Origin: Asterias rubens
Taxonomy: Eukaryota
DNA: 64,000 nt
Assembly: GCF_902459465.1 (NCBI RefSeq)
Contig: NC_047062.1
Coordinates: forward strand, 18,724,001 to 18,788,000
Direction of reading: 5' to 3'
The first letter of the stretch is position 1, and each line of letters begins with the position of its first letter. Under the pieces are notes generated by a model that saw nothing but the letters and a program-made list of their open reading frames with translations, was not told where the DNA came from and did no database searches. A program made the translations under genes and the position numbers. Below are positions 25,901 through 37,347 of this stretch, one piece after another.

Positions 25901-28900
25901 TTATTGTTATTCATATGAATTTTTAATAGAGCCAGACCCATGAACACCTTGGTGGATCTGGGCGCTATACAAGAAGTCATTATTACTATAAAATGAGGTT
26001 TGATGGCCGGCATGAGGAATGATGGGCAGGGCCATTTCCTGAGGATATCCTTCACACACCCTGCAGGATCTTACCTGGCTGTGCTAGTGTAAGTCCAGCG
26101 GGCAAGGTTGTCAAGGGATGTTGTAATTGAAGCACACCTTGTTGAAAGGCAAGAGCTGCTGCTGCAGCGGACGAACTCTGCAAACACAAAAGTTTTAAAA
26201 GAGGGTAAACAAAAAAAATATGTGTAATAGACCTCCAACACTATAATTTAATGTTCAGAACTAATCAAGTTTAACTTTTTAAACTACTTACAAGTTGCTG
26301 TGTAGCTGCACCCGTTATCTGGAATGGCTGATTGCCTGAAGGGAGAAAAAAGGTGTTTCAGATAGTGCAAAGCATCAACTGAATATAAATTTAGATATAT
26401 GTTTCTTACTGCTAGGCACATATTATTTATGTACTTTGGGTGAAATGATTTCCCAAGTGAATGTATTTTTAATTTTTTGACTTTAACCAATCATTATCAC
26501 ATTATCCAAACCAAAGCAACTTTTGTGGTACCCGTTGCTTCAAATGTAATAATACTGGCTGAAATGAGCAGTACTGTAATTCTTTAACAAATGGAAATAA
26601 AAGGTACATGAAGTAAGAAGGTACCAACGTTGATGGCACACTTTACTTTTGACCGTGTCCAACTCCCAAGCCCCACCCCCTTAAGGATCAGGCATACACC
26701 ACCTTAATCATAGTCATACAAGTTGGATGTTGAATTTATGGTGTTGACTTTGTGAGAAAGGATTCCAAGTAAATCACTCAAAGATTGTTGAGAATAATGC
26801 GGAAATCCTGAAGATTCCTGGGCCCAATTTCATAAAGCCTGTAAGCACAAAAACTTGCTTAGCACAGAAAAATATTGCTTAATAGAAACGGGTTACCAGT
26901 CAAAATAACATTAAGTTTACATTGTTGCGACTGGTGTGTCGCTCAATTTTTGCTTAGCAAAGCAATTTGTCAATATGAAATCCACCCCAGGTCACTACAA
27001 TTTACCCTGTTGCTGTGTAGCTGCGGCCCTGCTCGCTGCTGCTGTTTGCCGTTGCTGTGCATCAGCCACTGCCTGTAACTGCATCTGGGCCTGCATGTGT
27101 GATGCACTAGAGGATGCATTACTGCGGGAATGGTGACCCCTGGACTGACGGCTGGACTCTGCCTGTGGGAGGGGCTGTGGTGTTGGATCCACTGCTCTCG
27201 TCAATATCAACTTGTTCATCCATATCTACAAAGAAATCAATAAGAACATAATAATCAGAATGGATCATTTAGAAAACAGGCCTTCTACTTCACAGAGGCA
27301 ACTAAAGTAATTATCTCAATACCCCCCCCCCAGTCATTGCCTTGGTGCCCTTGAAATGCTCCAGTAGAAATTCACAATTTCCTAATAGAGTGCCTTTTAC
27401 TAAGGAAAGGAGAACATGCCTCCATGGTGCCTTTCCCCATTAAAAAATGAAGCATACAGGCCTGGGAAAACAATGTTATTTTTCTTTTATCTGACTTGTT
27501 TGTGAAAGGATTGTCCGGGTGTCTTTAGGGGCACTCTATTTGTTATTGTTTATTGTCTATTATTGTTAATTCTCAGCAAATCTGGACAACATGTTTTAAA
27601 GTTTTGATTAAATTTCTCAAACGTTGTTGAAGTATTTTTCAAAATGCCACTGAAATGATTAATCTCCAACTAATACACTTTACATTTTGTGTAAAGTGTT
27701 TATAAGAAGTTCTACTTCAAGACAATCACCAAACTAAAAATCTTAAAATAATACTAATTTTGAGGGCTTTGGAGAAATGCTTCAAACTTTTTCTGTTTAG
27801 TCCGAGCTTAATAGAGTGTGTAGGTTGACCTAAAGAGTTTGTGCGAGAATCTGTTCTTCTGAACTTTACAGCAAAATATTGTTATATGAAAACAACTTGT
27901 ACTGAGCTGTTTTAATTGATTGCTTCAATTGAATAGGGTTTGAATAAATAAAAGTTTATTTTAGAATGTTTATTTTTTTTTTAAGTTAACCTTAAATTCA
28001 GCTTTTACGTTAAGCCAGTAAGTGCAACAAAAGGCGATTATTGTGGTCCCTGATATAAGCATGTAAACTTGAGCAAGCTGCCTCCTTGAGTAGTGTCTGA
28101 AAGTCAATAATCAATTTATCACCAGACTTCTCTCACATCCTACAGCTCATAACATTATGTGCACTGTGTTACTCTTTAAAATGCCCACTGCCTGCTGCTA
28201 TGTCAAATATCGACCAACTAGCATGGCTCTTGAATCAGGTCCCTTGGACTGCACCATTTTTTGATAGGGGGTAAACACTGTAAATGCACCATCGTTTCCT
28301 TCCTCTAAGTTAAACATGACACCTTTTCTTACATTTTGTAGTAACATAAATTGTCAAATTCACTGAAGGCACAACATGTTTTAAACAAATTAAACAAAAA
28401 GTAACCAGTTTTGTTTAAGAGTAAAAACATTTTATTTTAAAACCATGTAGGCCCCATTTACTTTAATTCGCCACTTTTATCAGGATGTTTTCACACTTCT
28501 TAAACTGGTATCACAGATTTACTATTTTTTATGAAAATAACCCATACAATTTGTTTGGGGAAACGTCATTTGGTCCATGATGTGAAATAAATATTGTGGA
28601 TTCAAACCACTCCCCTATACTATAATTCAGAAGGACCAACAGCTTTTCAATGAACACGCATGGATGGTCAGCTTCCTGTTTTCATGCTAAATATTCATAA
28701 GACAGCTAATATTTTATGCACCCAGAGAGCATGTGATTGGTTGTCAGTGACATCATTGTCAAACGAGAGATGAACTATAAATACACTTGTATATGCAAAT
28801 ATCTGGGTTTCAAGAGAGCCGTGCAATGCTGGAGCAATGGCAGACAGCGCTCTGTCGTCCTGACGGCGGTAGGAAGAAGCCCAATCGCACACAAAAGATC

Positions 28901-29543
28901 TGCCACCATATGGACTATAATCAACCCGTTTTCATCTCAAAAGCCGCTAGTTTTAAGCTCAAATTGAACTGTACGATGCTTGAAATATATTGTAGAGTCA
29001 CATTGTGGAGTTTTCAAGATTGATAGCTTGCAACTTGTGCCTACACCGCTCGCTTATTTCAACAAGTTCACGACAAATGTTGTGTGTGCGGTACATACCG
29101 TACACGCACACTGTCGTATTAACACAGCACACGGGGAAAGTGACGATCATCACCGTCCACCGGGTATGTGTAAACCGCGATGGCCAAATTATTGTGAACT
29201 TTAAAGATTTACACCGTTGAATAATCGTTCATATCTCACCTGTTTAAGTTCCTGGAGAACTTGTTCGTCGACTCCTTCGTCGAGAAAGGCCTCTCGAACA
29301 TTGAGAATAACATCATCAATCACAGACTTGTATAATTTGTACTGAAAAAGGTGGGAAATTATGAAGTGTTTTTTATTAATTTGTGAAATAGTTCTATTGC
29401 AAGATTTTTTCGTAATGGAGAATTTCGTACGCATTTAACCCTCCCAAACATATTTTGTGCAAATTTAAACCACTAAAAACAGATAAATGCTGTTCATTAA
29501 AATCCATAATTGTATACATTACCACTGCTTGTGAATTAGCCAT
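22901..29543 (-). CDS. GTF2A1: Transcription initiation factor IIA large subunit (alpha/beta precursor), 337 aa; exons 29543-29523, 29341-29240, 27225-27006, 26335-26292, 26177-26075, 25461-25277, 24452-24312, 23840-23751, 23008-22901
   Basis: N-terminal KLYKSVIDDVILNVREAFLDEGVDEQVLQELKQIW; Q-rich linker; taspase site QVDG before an acidic tract; PLNSDDDVSDE...ENVVVCQYDKISRSRNRWKFHLK...GDADW*. All junctions GT-AG and in phase. Confidence 0.95.
26821..26987. mobile_element. Harbinger-like MITE, family C (other copies 38328-38566, 40152-40332, 53718-53903, 62935-63060)
   Basis: TIR GGCCCAATTTCAT/ATGAAATTGGGCC; CWG flanks in most copies. Confidence 0.75.
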
Positions 29544-29664
29544 GTTTATGAGCAAAACACAGCGAATTGTGATGGAAAATAAGCCGTAACAGATTGTTTT
29601 TTCCCACTACGGTCTCTTGTGAGTGTGGGCTTCCCCGAAGCCAGTCTGCCAATGTTGCACTGCG

Positions 29665-29672
29665 CTTTTATA
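29665..29672 (-). promoter_or_regulatory. Canonical TATA box (TATAAAAG) of GTF2A1
   Basis: Minus strand TGTATAAAAGCGCAGTGC, about 120 bp upstream of the ATG. Confidence 0.55.
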
Positions 29673-30898
29673 CATTTCATCAAGTCCCCAAACACTGAGA
29701 GGGGGTGGCGCTATTCATCAATTGTAGATACCCCTAAAACTAAATTTTGTTGGTTGAGCAACATTATTTTTACTTTCCCAACCTATTTCCATAAAATTAA
29801 CTTCAGTTAAATAATAAGAAATTGTATATTTATGTACTGAATTAATTACCAATGTTTGAAACTGTCAACTTTTGAAAATTTCAGGCTCCATGTTTTAAAA
29901 TTGCATGGCCAGATTTTCGCCCAAAGTTTTTTTGAAACAAATTTATCTCTGGAGTGGATTTTGGCAGAGTGATACTTTCGAAAAACATACACATTTTTTG
30001 TACATGCTGCCACTGACAAAAATGCACAAAATAAATGTAATACATGCAAATTAATATTGTTTGTACTTCGGATGTAATAATGGAAGTGAGTTAAAATGAC
30101 AGGATCCAGACAATGATTCAGTTTTAAGTTTTTAATTAACTTCCACTTATCATTTTATAATTTTGTTTGTATCAAAAAAATAACAACTGATGGGGCTCTT
30201 ACAAAAAATACATTCAGACTATTATTAGAGCGAATTTGCAAATTAATGTACGGTGTCCCAGTTTCTGGGTCAGACCATCTAGCCTATTAAAACCTGACCC
30301 AGCTAGCAACAGCAAGTTAAGTTGTCAAAATTGGCTTTAATGATCAAACAGTTTGTATTTGATATTGAAAAAATAATTGGTTCTCAACATGTGTACTATA
30401 TAGTGACTATTGATGAATAAAGATAAAGTATTTGAAACAAACATTTGTTGTGTTTACTTAAAAAAAAAATATCGAAACTGGTATTTGTTTTTTAAATTAA
30501 TTTCATTTGAGTATTTTGGTGCTCACAGTCATATAAATAGAGCAATTATAAATGCATGCATTAAAGTGCGTCAAAATCTCAACTTCATCACACTTTGCCA
30601 ATGAGCAGGTTTGCAAAAACAATATAGCTTGATAATGTCCACTTTTTTGGCTCATGTAGCCAATATTTGAATCTGAAAGGTATTAGGTACACAATGCAGA
30701 ATTGCCTTTTATTTGGAGATTCAAGTTGATGTAAAACAAATATAAACCAATGCCCATTGTTTTATTATTTTACAAACATCACTCGAAAGAGTATACTTCT
30801 TGGTTTGGGTGCTTTATAATAACAGTGGTCTGATATGGTACTTTTTTTTCAGAAGGGGTAATTTTACCACCCCTCCCACAAGCCACGTTGAGTTGCAA

Positions 30899-31115
30899 CC
30901 CCCACCCCTCGGCCCCCGCCCACCCCCATGACCGACTGGTCTTTTTTTTACCGGCTGGGTGAAAGAGCGCCACCAATTGGTCATTGATTATTGCGCAATC
31001 GCTTGCATGAGTTCTATTTACATCGGCGGTCGGGTCTGCTTCTGCGCTGCACTGCTACACTTTTTCTCCTCTAACACTAGATAATTCCACACTATAAAAG
31101 TCTACACTATAAAAG
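30899..31115 (+). promoter_or_regulatory. COA4 promoter: G-rich/GC box (potential G4 on the minus strand, 30899-30927), palindromic CCAATTGG (30973-30980), duplicated TATAAAAG (31093, 31108)
   Basis: Motifs read directly within 240 bp upstream of the COA4 ATG. Confidence 0.5.
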
Positions 31116-31134
31116 TTCTTAATTCTTGTTAGCT

Positions 31135-32037
31135 ATGGCCGGACCTCACAAAGGACACGACTGGTCTCGTTCCAAGAAAAGCGAAGAAGACGAGGAGGAT
31201 GAGGAAGATGATCCCGTGGACGGTATGCTGAAGAAAGCTGGCTGTCTGGAGTTACATCATGCAGTTCAGGTAAGGATCAAGAAGACGGGTCCGACTCCGA
31301 GATTGGGATTGGTGATTAATCATTCACACTAGCTGGGACTCGGGAGTAGGTGGACTAGCTAGGACAATCTGTAGACGTTCCCTTTTTTCAGTAAATAAAC
31401 AATAGATCGCCCCGACTGGCAAATATATATAATTGTTGAATAGCCATACAATTACAAGTACTACTTACTACCCTAAATATTAATATTATTATTAATTATT
31501 ATTATTTATTTATTTAGAAAATTAGAATTGATAAATTATATGTCTTGCAAACTCAGAAGTATGATGAGGAACGTTCCGCTAATTATTGGAGATGTTGATT
31601 CTTGATATAGGCTATCTGATAGATAGCGGAATGAAACCCCATCATGGAGGTATTGAAGGCCAACCCAACTCTGATTTGAGCCCTAAAGTAAAATTGTACT
31701 TGAAAATTAAATTTTCCCTTAATAATGAAAAATTCCTCTCTTTTTTGTGCAAAATGCTTTGATAAATTATTATATTTTTAAAAACATTATGAACATTATT
31801 GTTCAAAAAGTGGGATTTCCAAATGGGTCAGTACTGAGAGACATGACAATTGAAAGTAAAGTTTAGAAACCATTGAGTAAATTGTATTTTCTTCATTTTT
31901 TGTTGTTGTAGGACTGTATGGCGGAAAACAGAGATTGGCGAAAGTGTCAGAAAGAAGTAGCTGCCTTCAAAGATTGCGTTTCAGGAAAAGTCGCAACTGC
32001 TACAACTAAACAGAAGGTAGAAACTACAACTAGATAA
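31135..32037 (+). CDS. COA4: Cytochrome c oxidase assembly factor 4 (CHCHD8), 86 aa; exons 31135-31269, 31912-32037
   Basis: GHDW...EDDPVDGMLKKAGCLELHHAVQ|DCMAENRDWRKCQKEVAAFKDC: twin CX9C motif matching COA4; phase-0 GT-AG intron. Confidence 0.92.
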
Positions 32038-34370
32038 ATCTGAGTGACACTGCTATCAATGCAATCAGGATATTTGTGTACAAGTGAAAAACATAGCTTC
32101 CAGATGTAACTTTAGGATCTCATAACTAGCCACTTCATGAGGGTTAAGATTTTAAAAGTTGTATTCAGGAATTGTATATGAGGACGGAAATGTTCTGACT
32201 CAACTTGACGATCGCTCCAACTACATGTACAGTTAATTTGGACCAGTCCAAAATTGAGTTTTACAGTTGGGGCGGTCCAAGGTCCAACTATAGTTGGGAT
32301 CATCTTTCACTGACTGAGTGATAGCGACCATTATCATATGGATGTGATGCGTACATTGAGTATGCACATTACGCGTACATCAACATGGTTGGCAGTATTG
32401 ATGACTTGCGCAGTCTCTTGAAAGGTTTTCTTAGTTTTCAAACTTTGGATCAGGTTCTGCTTTGTCTTTGGTTCCAGTCTCCTATCTGTTTTGATGTTTT
32501 CATTAAAAAAAACAGGGTACAATTTATACTGCTCCAAAATTGATGCTGGAGCCTGATCCCAGCACTCACCAGGAAGCACCCTCATTAACAGCAACACCTG
32601 TGAAATGTATGCAGAGATCCCATGGTCTGGACCCTGGCTCTGCTGGTACGCCCTACTGCCCCAGCTGTAGTGGGACCACCCAAACTGCGACACTCAAGTT
32701 GGACTTGGTCCCAACTATAAGCGGGGCAACTCATAAGTTTGCACGGAACAGATAAGCTTCACCAATCAACAAACTTTGTCCTAATTGACTAAACATTTTA
32801 AACAATGGCCGTCTTACATCTATGTAAAATGTTCTGCATACAGTTTAATTCATCATGATATGGAAGCCTGGGACTGCTTTTATCATACCGACGTTTTGTT
32901 TTTGTATCAATAGTTGGTTTGTATTTTTATACATTTGTAGTTAAATTTTGAATGAATTGTACATGTGTGTGTCATGAACAAACAGTCTAGCGCAAGTTCT
33001 GATCAGCAGAGTCTTGGTCGGTTCTCAGTCGTGACACACTTGTGTCCTCCAGCAAGATACTGTGCTTAACCATTGAGATTGCCATGGGATGTAAAGTTGT
33101 TGGTCCAGCGTGTTGTGTGATGCATTTTAAAGGAATCCATTGCACTTATTATCATTAAGACGAAGGGTTTGCCTCGGTATTCTTTGCCAGGTTGATTGCA
33201 GATTGTACTGTACCACAGAACCTTCTCTTGTGAGCCTTACTTTCAAAAAAGTGCTATGAAAAGCGTCTCATAAGTCAAGCAAATCACACCTGTATTGTCT
33301 GCCACTGTGTGTGAATTTTGTGGCAAAGGCCCTATATTGTTATTTTGTTTAATAAAGAAACTGCTCCACTACATCAATCCAATGAGTTTGTCCCATGGAT
33401 TATGTTTTGAACAAATCTCTGCTGACGAAATAAATGATGAACAAGAACGCAGTAAAATAATTATCTTTTACACTTCTCAATTAATGTCCTTTCAACAAAC
33501 ACATGATTTCCCCAAATGTTACAAATCGTCCAGGGTTAATGGACAGCTCCCATGTACAGTGTATAAAGTTGCAGGGAAAACGATGAGTGAACTAAACATT
33601 AAAAAAACGAGGCAGAATCAATTTATTTCACATTTCTATTCATTGATGTAAATTTAATTTTACATTATTTACAGGAAATATACAAGTGAAAGTAATATAA
33701 AAGCAGGCTACATTCTGAGGTCCATGTATTCTTTTGAAAATTGTTTCAGATGTCCCAGGGAAACAGAGGAACCACTGATGGGGGGTCCATGAATAAGGTT
33801 TTGACCCAATTTTTTAAAGGGAATTTTCGTCCAACTTAAAACATACCTTTTTTTTTCACTTATAATACAAATGTAAATGAGGTCCACTTATGACCTTATA
33901 GTCTTGCCGACAAATGATATATAAAAAACCACAAATGGACTCATGGAATGCGTGTTTTACTAAAATGCAGTACTTGTTTATCACAGAATGGCCTCAGGAG
34001 TAGCATTTTTGTTTTCAAGGTGTTTGGAAGCTAATTTGCTGACTGACATCAGAGGTTTTTAGTTCTAGATTAAAACAAAAATTAACAAAGAAAGCAGGCT
34101 ACATACCTTAGCATAGTAAAATAACCAAATGTACAGTATTTTAGCAAATTTTTCAGTGCTAAAAAAATGAAATGGCTTTTCAGTCAGCAAGCAAAGAGCT
34201 GTTGGTGTTTTTAAACATTTTAGTTAAAACTAAAATGTAGTCTTGAAAAGCCCCATGGCTTGTTTGGTTGATACTTCATTTGCCAACTTGAGTCTCGAAA
34301 TACTGACTGTGAAATATTATTGGTGGTCTGTATGCCGCTGGAAGAAAACAATGTTCGTGTATTCAGTTTC

Positions 34371-37298
34371 CTATGATGCTAGGACTGCCATCAGCATTTC
34401 CATCTTGTTGACAAAGTTTTTGCCCGGTATTCTAGCGAGGTCCACTTCCCTGAAGTCTGTCATAATACTGTCCCATTTGGGATCCGTTACTACATTGCTC
34501 TTCTGCTCTGCAGAGTGTGGGTTCTTGCATCCCTTGACAAGGACCTTTATTCCACCCAATGGGTCACTTCTGATAGCTAGTGTCCTAAAGATTAAACAAT
34601 TATATCAACAATTTAAGAATTCAATAGATGTAAGAATTTGCATCGGGGATAAAGACAAGTAATTTGGTTTGACTGATGTTTCATAAGCACTCCCCAGCAC
34701 TGTTGCTGAGTTCTGTGAGAAAGTTCTCAGGCAAAATACTGAGGTGGGATTCGAACCCAAGTCACTGTGCACCCTTAGTGGTCTAGTGGTTCAGATTATC
34801 TGCTCTCAAATGCAGGGGGTGTGGGTTCGAATCACACCCTAGTAGTAAGTATGCATGTGTTTTTTTTTTCCTCGGGAGTGCAGTGAGTAGACAGTGCTGA
34901 TCTACATTGCCACAAATGGACAGGTTAAGACACTTAAGCAGGTAAAGCTTTCTATCCTTGATCTAATCCCCATGTATTCCAGGTCTACAAGAAGTGTAGA
35001 TCTACGAGAAATGTAGACCACTGACACTCACAATTTCCCTCCAACAGCCTTTAACTTAAACCAACTATAACTTGCATTACTAACCTCTTTCCGTGATGTG
35101 TTGAAACCAGTACGGACGATGCATTGCCAACCTTGGAGGCTGGCCCAACACCAACATGGTGGTTATAATGAAGGATTTGCATATTCATGGCTTTGGAGAG
35201 AGACACTACACAACTCGTCTGGTGTTGGGATATCTGTGCAAAAATAACGTCATCATTTCAGCAAATGAATTTGAATACAACAACCAATGTGAAAATCAAC
35301 AGTTCATTTCTCAGTCTCAATAATACTTGTCACACAATCTCTGTAATTTGTCCATACGTGTATACTTATTTTTATATTTAACTTTCCCATTCAGTGGTGA
35401 CCACTGGTCTGCAATGGTTCCCATGATGCAGTATGTACAAAGACAACAATACAAATAACAAGCGTTACTAAATAGACACACAGCAGCAACTAAACCCTCC
35501 ATCCTCCCAACTAGTCTCAGTCTCGAACATTTAGGTCCCCGTTCTAAGTCTTGGTGGTCTCGACTACAACACTGGATTGACTGATTGAATGTTTGTCAAG
35601 GACAAAGTACAGGTTTCAAGCAGGCCTGCATGCTTCGTTTTTGAACGGGCAAGGACACCAAGGTATTTTCTCCTTGGTAAAGGGCACCCTATGAGGAAAT
35701 TATAAACTTCTACTTGGGCATTTCAAGGGCACCAAGGTAGTGACCAGGGGCATGGAGGCAATCGCCTTCATTGTCTTTCGTAAAGTATCAGGCCTGGATT
35801 TGGTAATCACTGGGACACAATTGACCAGTATCAATCTAGAAGACCCACTGACTACAAAATTTCATACCCAGTGTACAATAGGGTAAGGGCACATGATCAA
35901 TGGAGTAGTCTTACATAACCGACAATAATAGTTACCTGACAACGAAGTAGATCTTTTAGTTCCTGCTCTTCATGGTCGATTTGAACCACCCGACCATCTT
36001 TGCAAACCACACGCACAGTGGCAACTTCCACAGTTAGTTGCAGTAAACTCCTGTAGCAGAAGAGCATTCAGTTTTGGATTAAGTCCAAGGCTACATTCTT
36101 GTTGTGTGTCGAATACATGTATTGACATGAAGTTTTAAATACCAGATGATGTAATAATAATAATAACTAGTTCTTATATAGAGCATTTCACAATAACGCC
36201 TCAATGGTATTCGGCCAATTAATCTTTCTCAGCTCCCTGGGGAATATACAGCCCTGAATTGTTAAATGGCGCTAGTGGCTTTGTCATACACATTATCAAC
36301 CTCTACCCTCGTAGGTACCCATTTATACCCCTGGGTGAAGATCAAGAACAGATATTGAGTAAAGTTGCAATTCAAATTAGAATAAAGAAACTGCAAGATT
36401 CCCAACTCTTTTTGTACTGATCTTATGGAGAGCGAATGCAATCGCTGGCCCCCGCACTCTTTAACCTTTTCTTCGAGGAGTGCGAACAAAATTCCTTGTT
36501 TATTGTATAAAATTGAAGTTAATGAGTGCATCATTTCTGAGCACACATCGGTTAAACTTGAATACTCACACTGCCATTTGTTCATAGCCACTTGTAGAGA
36601 TGTGAATTTTAGCTGTGGATAGGAGCGGTTGAGTGTGAGCACTCCAGTGGACCAGAATAACTGGATCCTGTAATTCACGTGACATCTGGTCGATCACATC
36701 TGCCACCCTGAATCGTTAACCCCCAAAAAAGGGAAAATTTTAGATTAGAACTTCACGGGGCCCATCATTTGGGTTGCTGGTGCATAAACTACTTGCCTCT
36801 CACCACTGTGGCCCTGGTTCGACTCCCAGCTAGGGCCATATGTGAGTACAGTTGTGCTATGGTTCTTTCTTTCCTATGCCACAAGTGTTTTTTCTCAAGG
36901 CACCCCAACTTTCCTCCCTTTGGAAAAATAACTAATGATCTTTGTTCGTGCTGATCACATATGGGTGGATGTAGTACGCTGCCAAAAAGCACCCTACATG
37001 TTGTAGCTTCATCCTTCACAATCCAATAAGGGTCACTCTGTTTTGTAGCCAGTGGTTAGATAGACTACATGACTTGCAATCACAAGGTTGTGGGTTCGAA
37101 TCCTACCAATTTAATTGCCGATTTCACAATGACTAGAATAAGTATTGTTGTCTAGTTGCTGTATCACAATTTCTTTGATTTGTGCAATTCACGAACCATT
37201 GTTTGTTTGCGACAGGTTAGCTGTTAGTCAGTTTGGTGATTATATCCCCTTGTGGGAGTCTGCCGAGTTCCCTTGATGGGAAGATCATTAAGACAGAC

Positions 37299-37347
<49 letters not shown>

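Noticed and set aside
28700-29200. CpG-rich intronic segment with octamer and CCAAT motifs, as a possible snRNA/snoRNA
   Set aside because: No paired C/D or H/ACA boxes or Sm site; explained by proximity to the GTF2A1 5' end.
32012-32020. Possible extra donor (AAG|GTAGAA) in COA4 exon 2
   Set aside because: No compatible downstream exon found; the in-frame stop gives a normal-length COA4.
36262-36678. 138-aa minus-strand ORF
   Set aside because: Alternative frame across MED17 exon 10, continuing into intron and SINE sequence.
34775-37110. tRNA-like A/B box sequences
   Set aside because: No complete cloverleaf; they run into SINE bodies.
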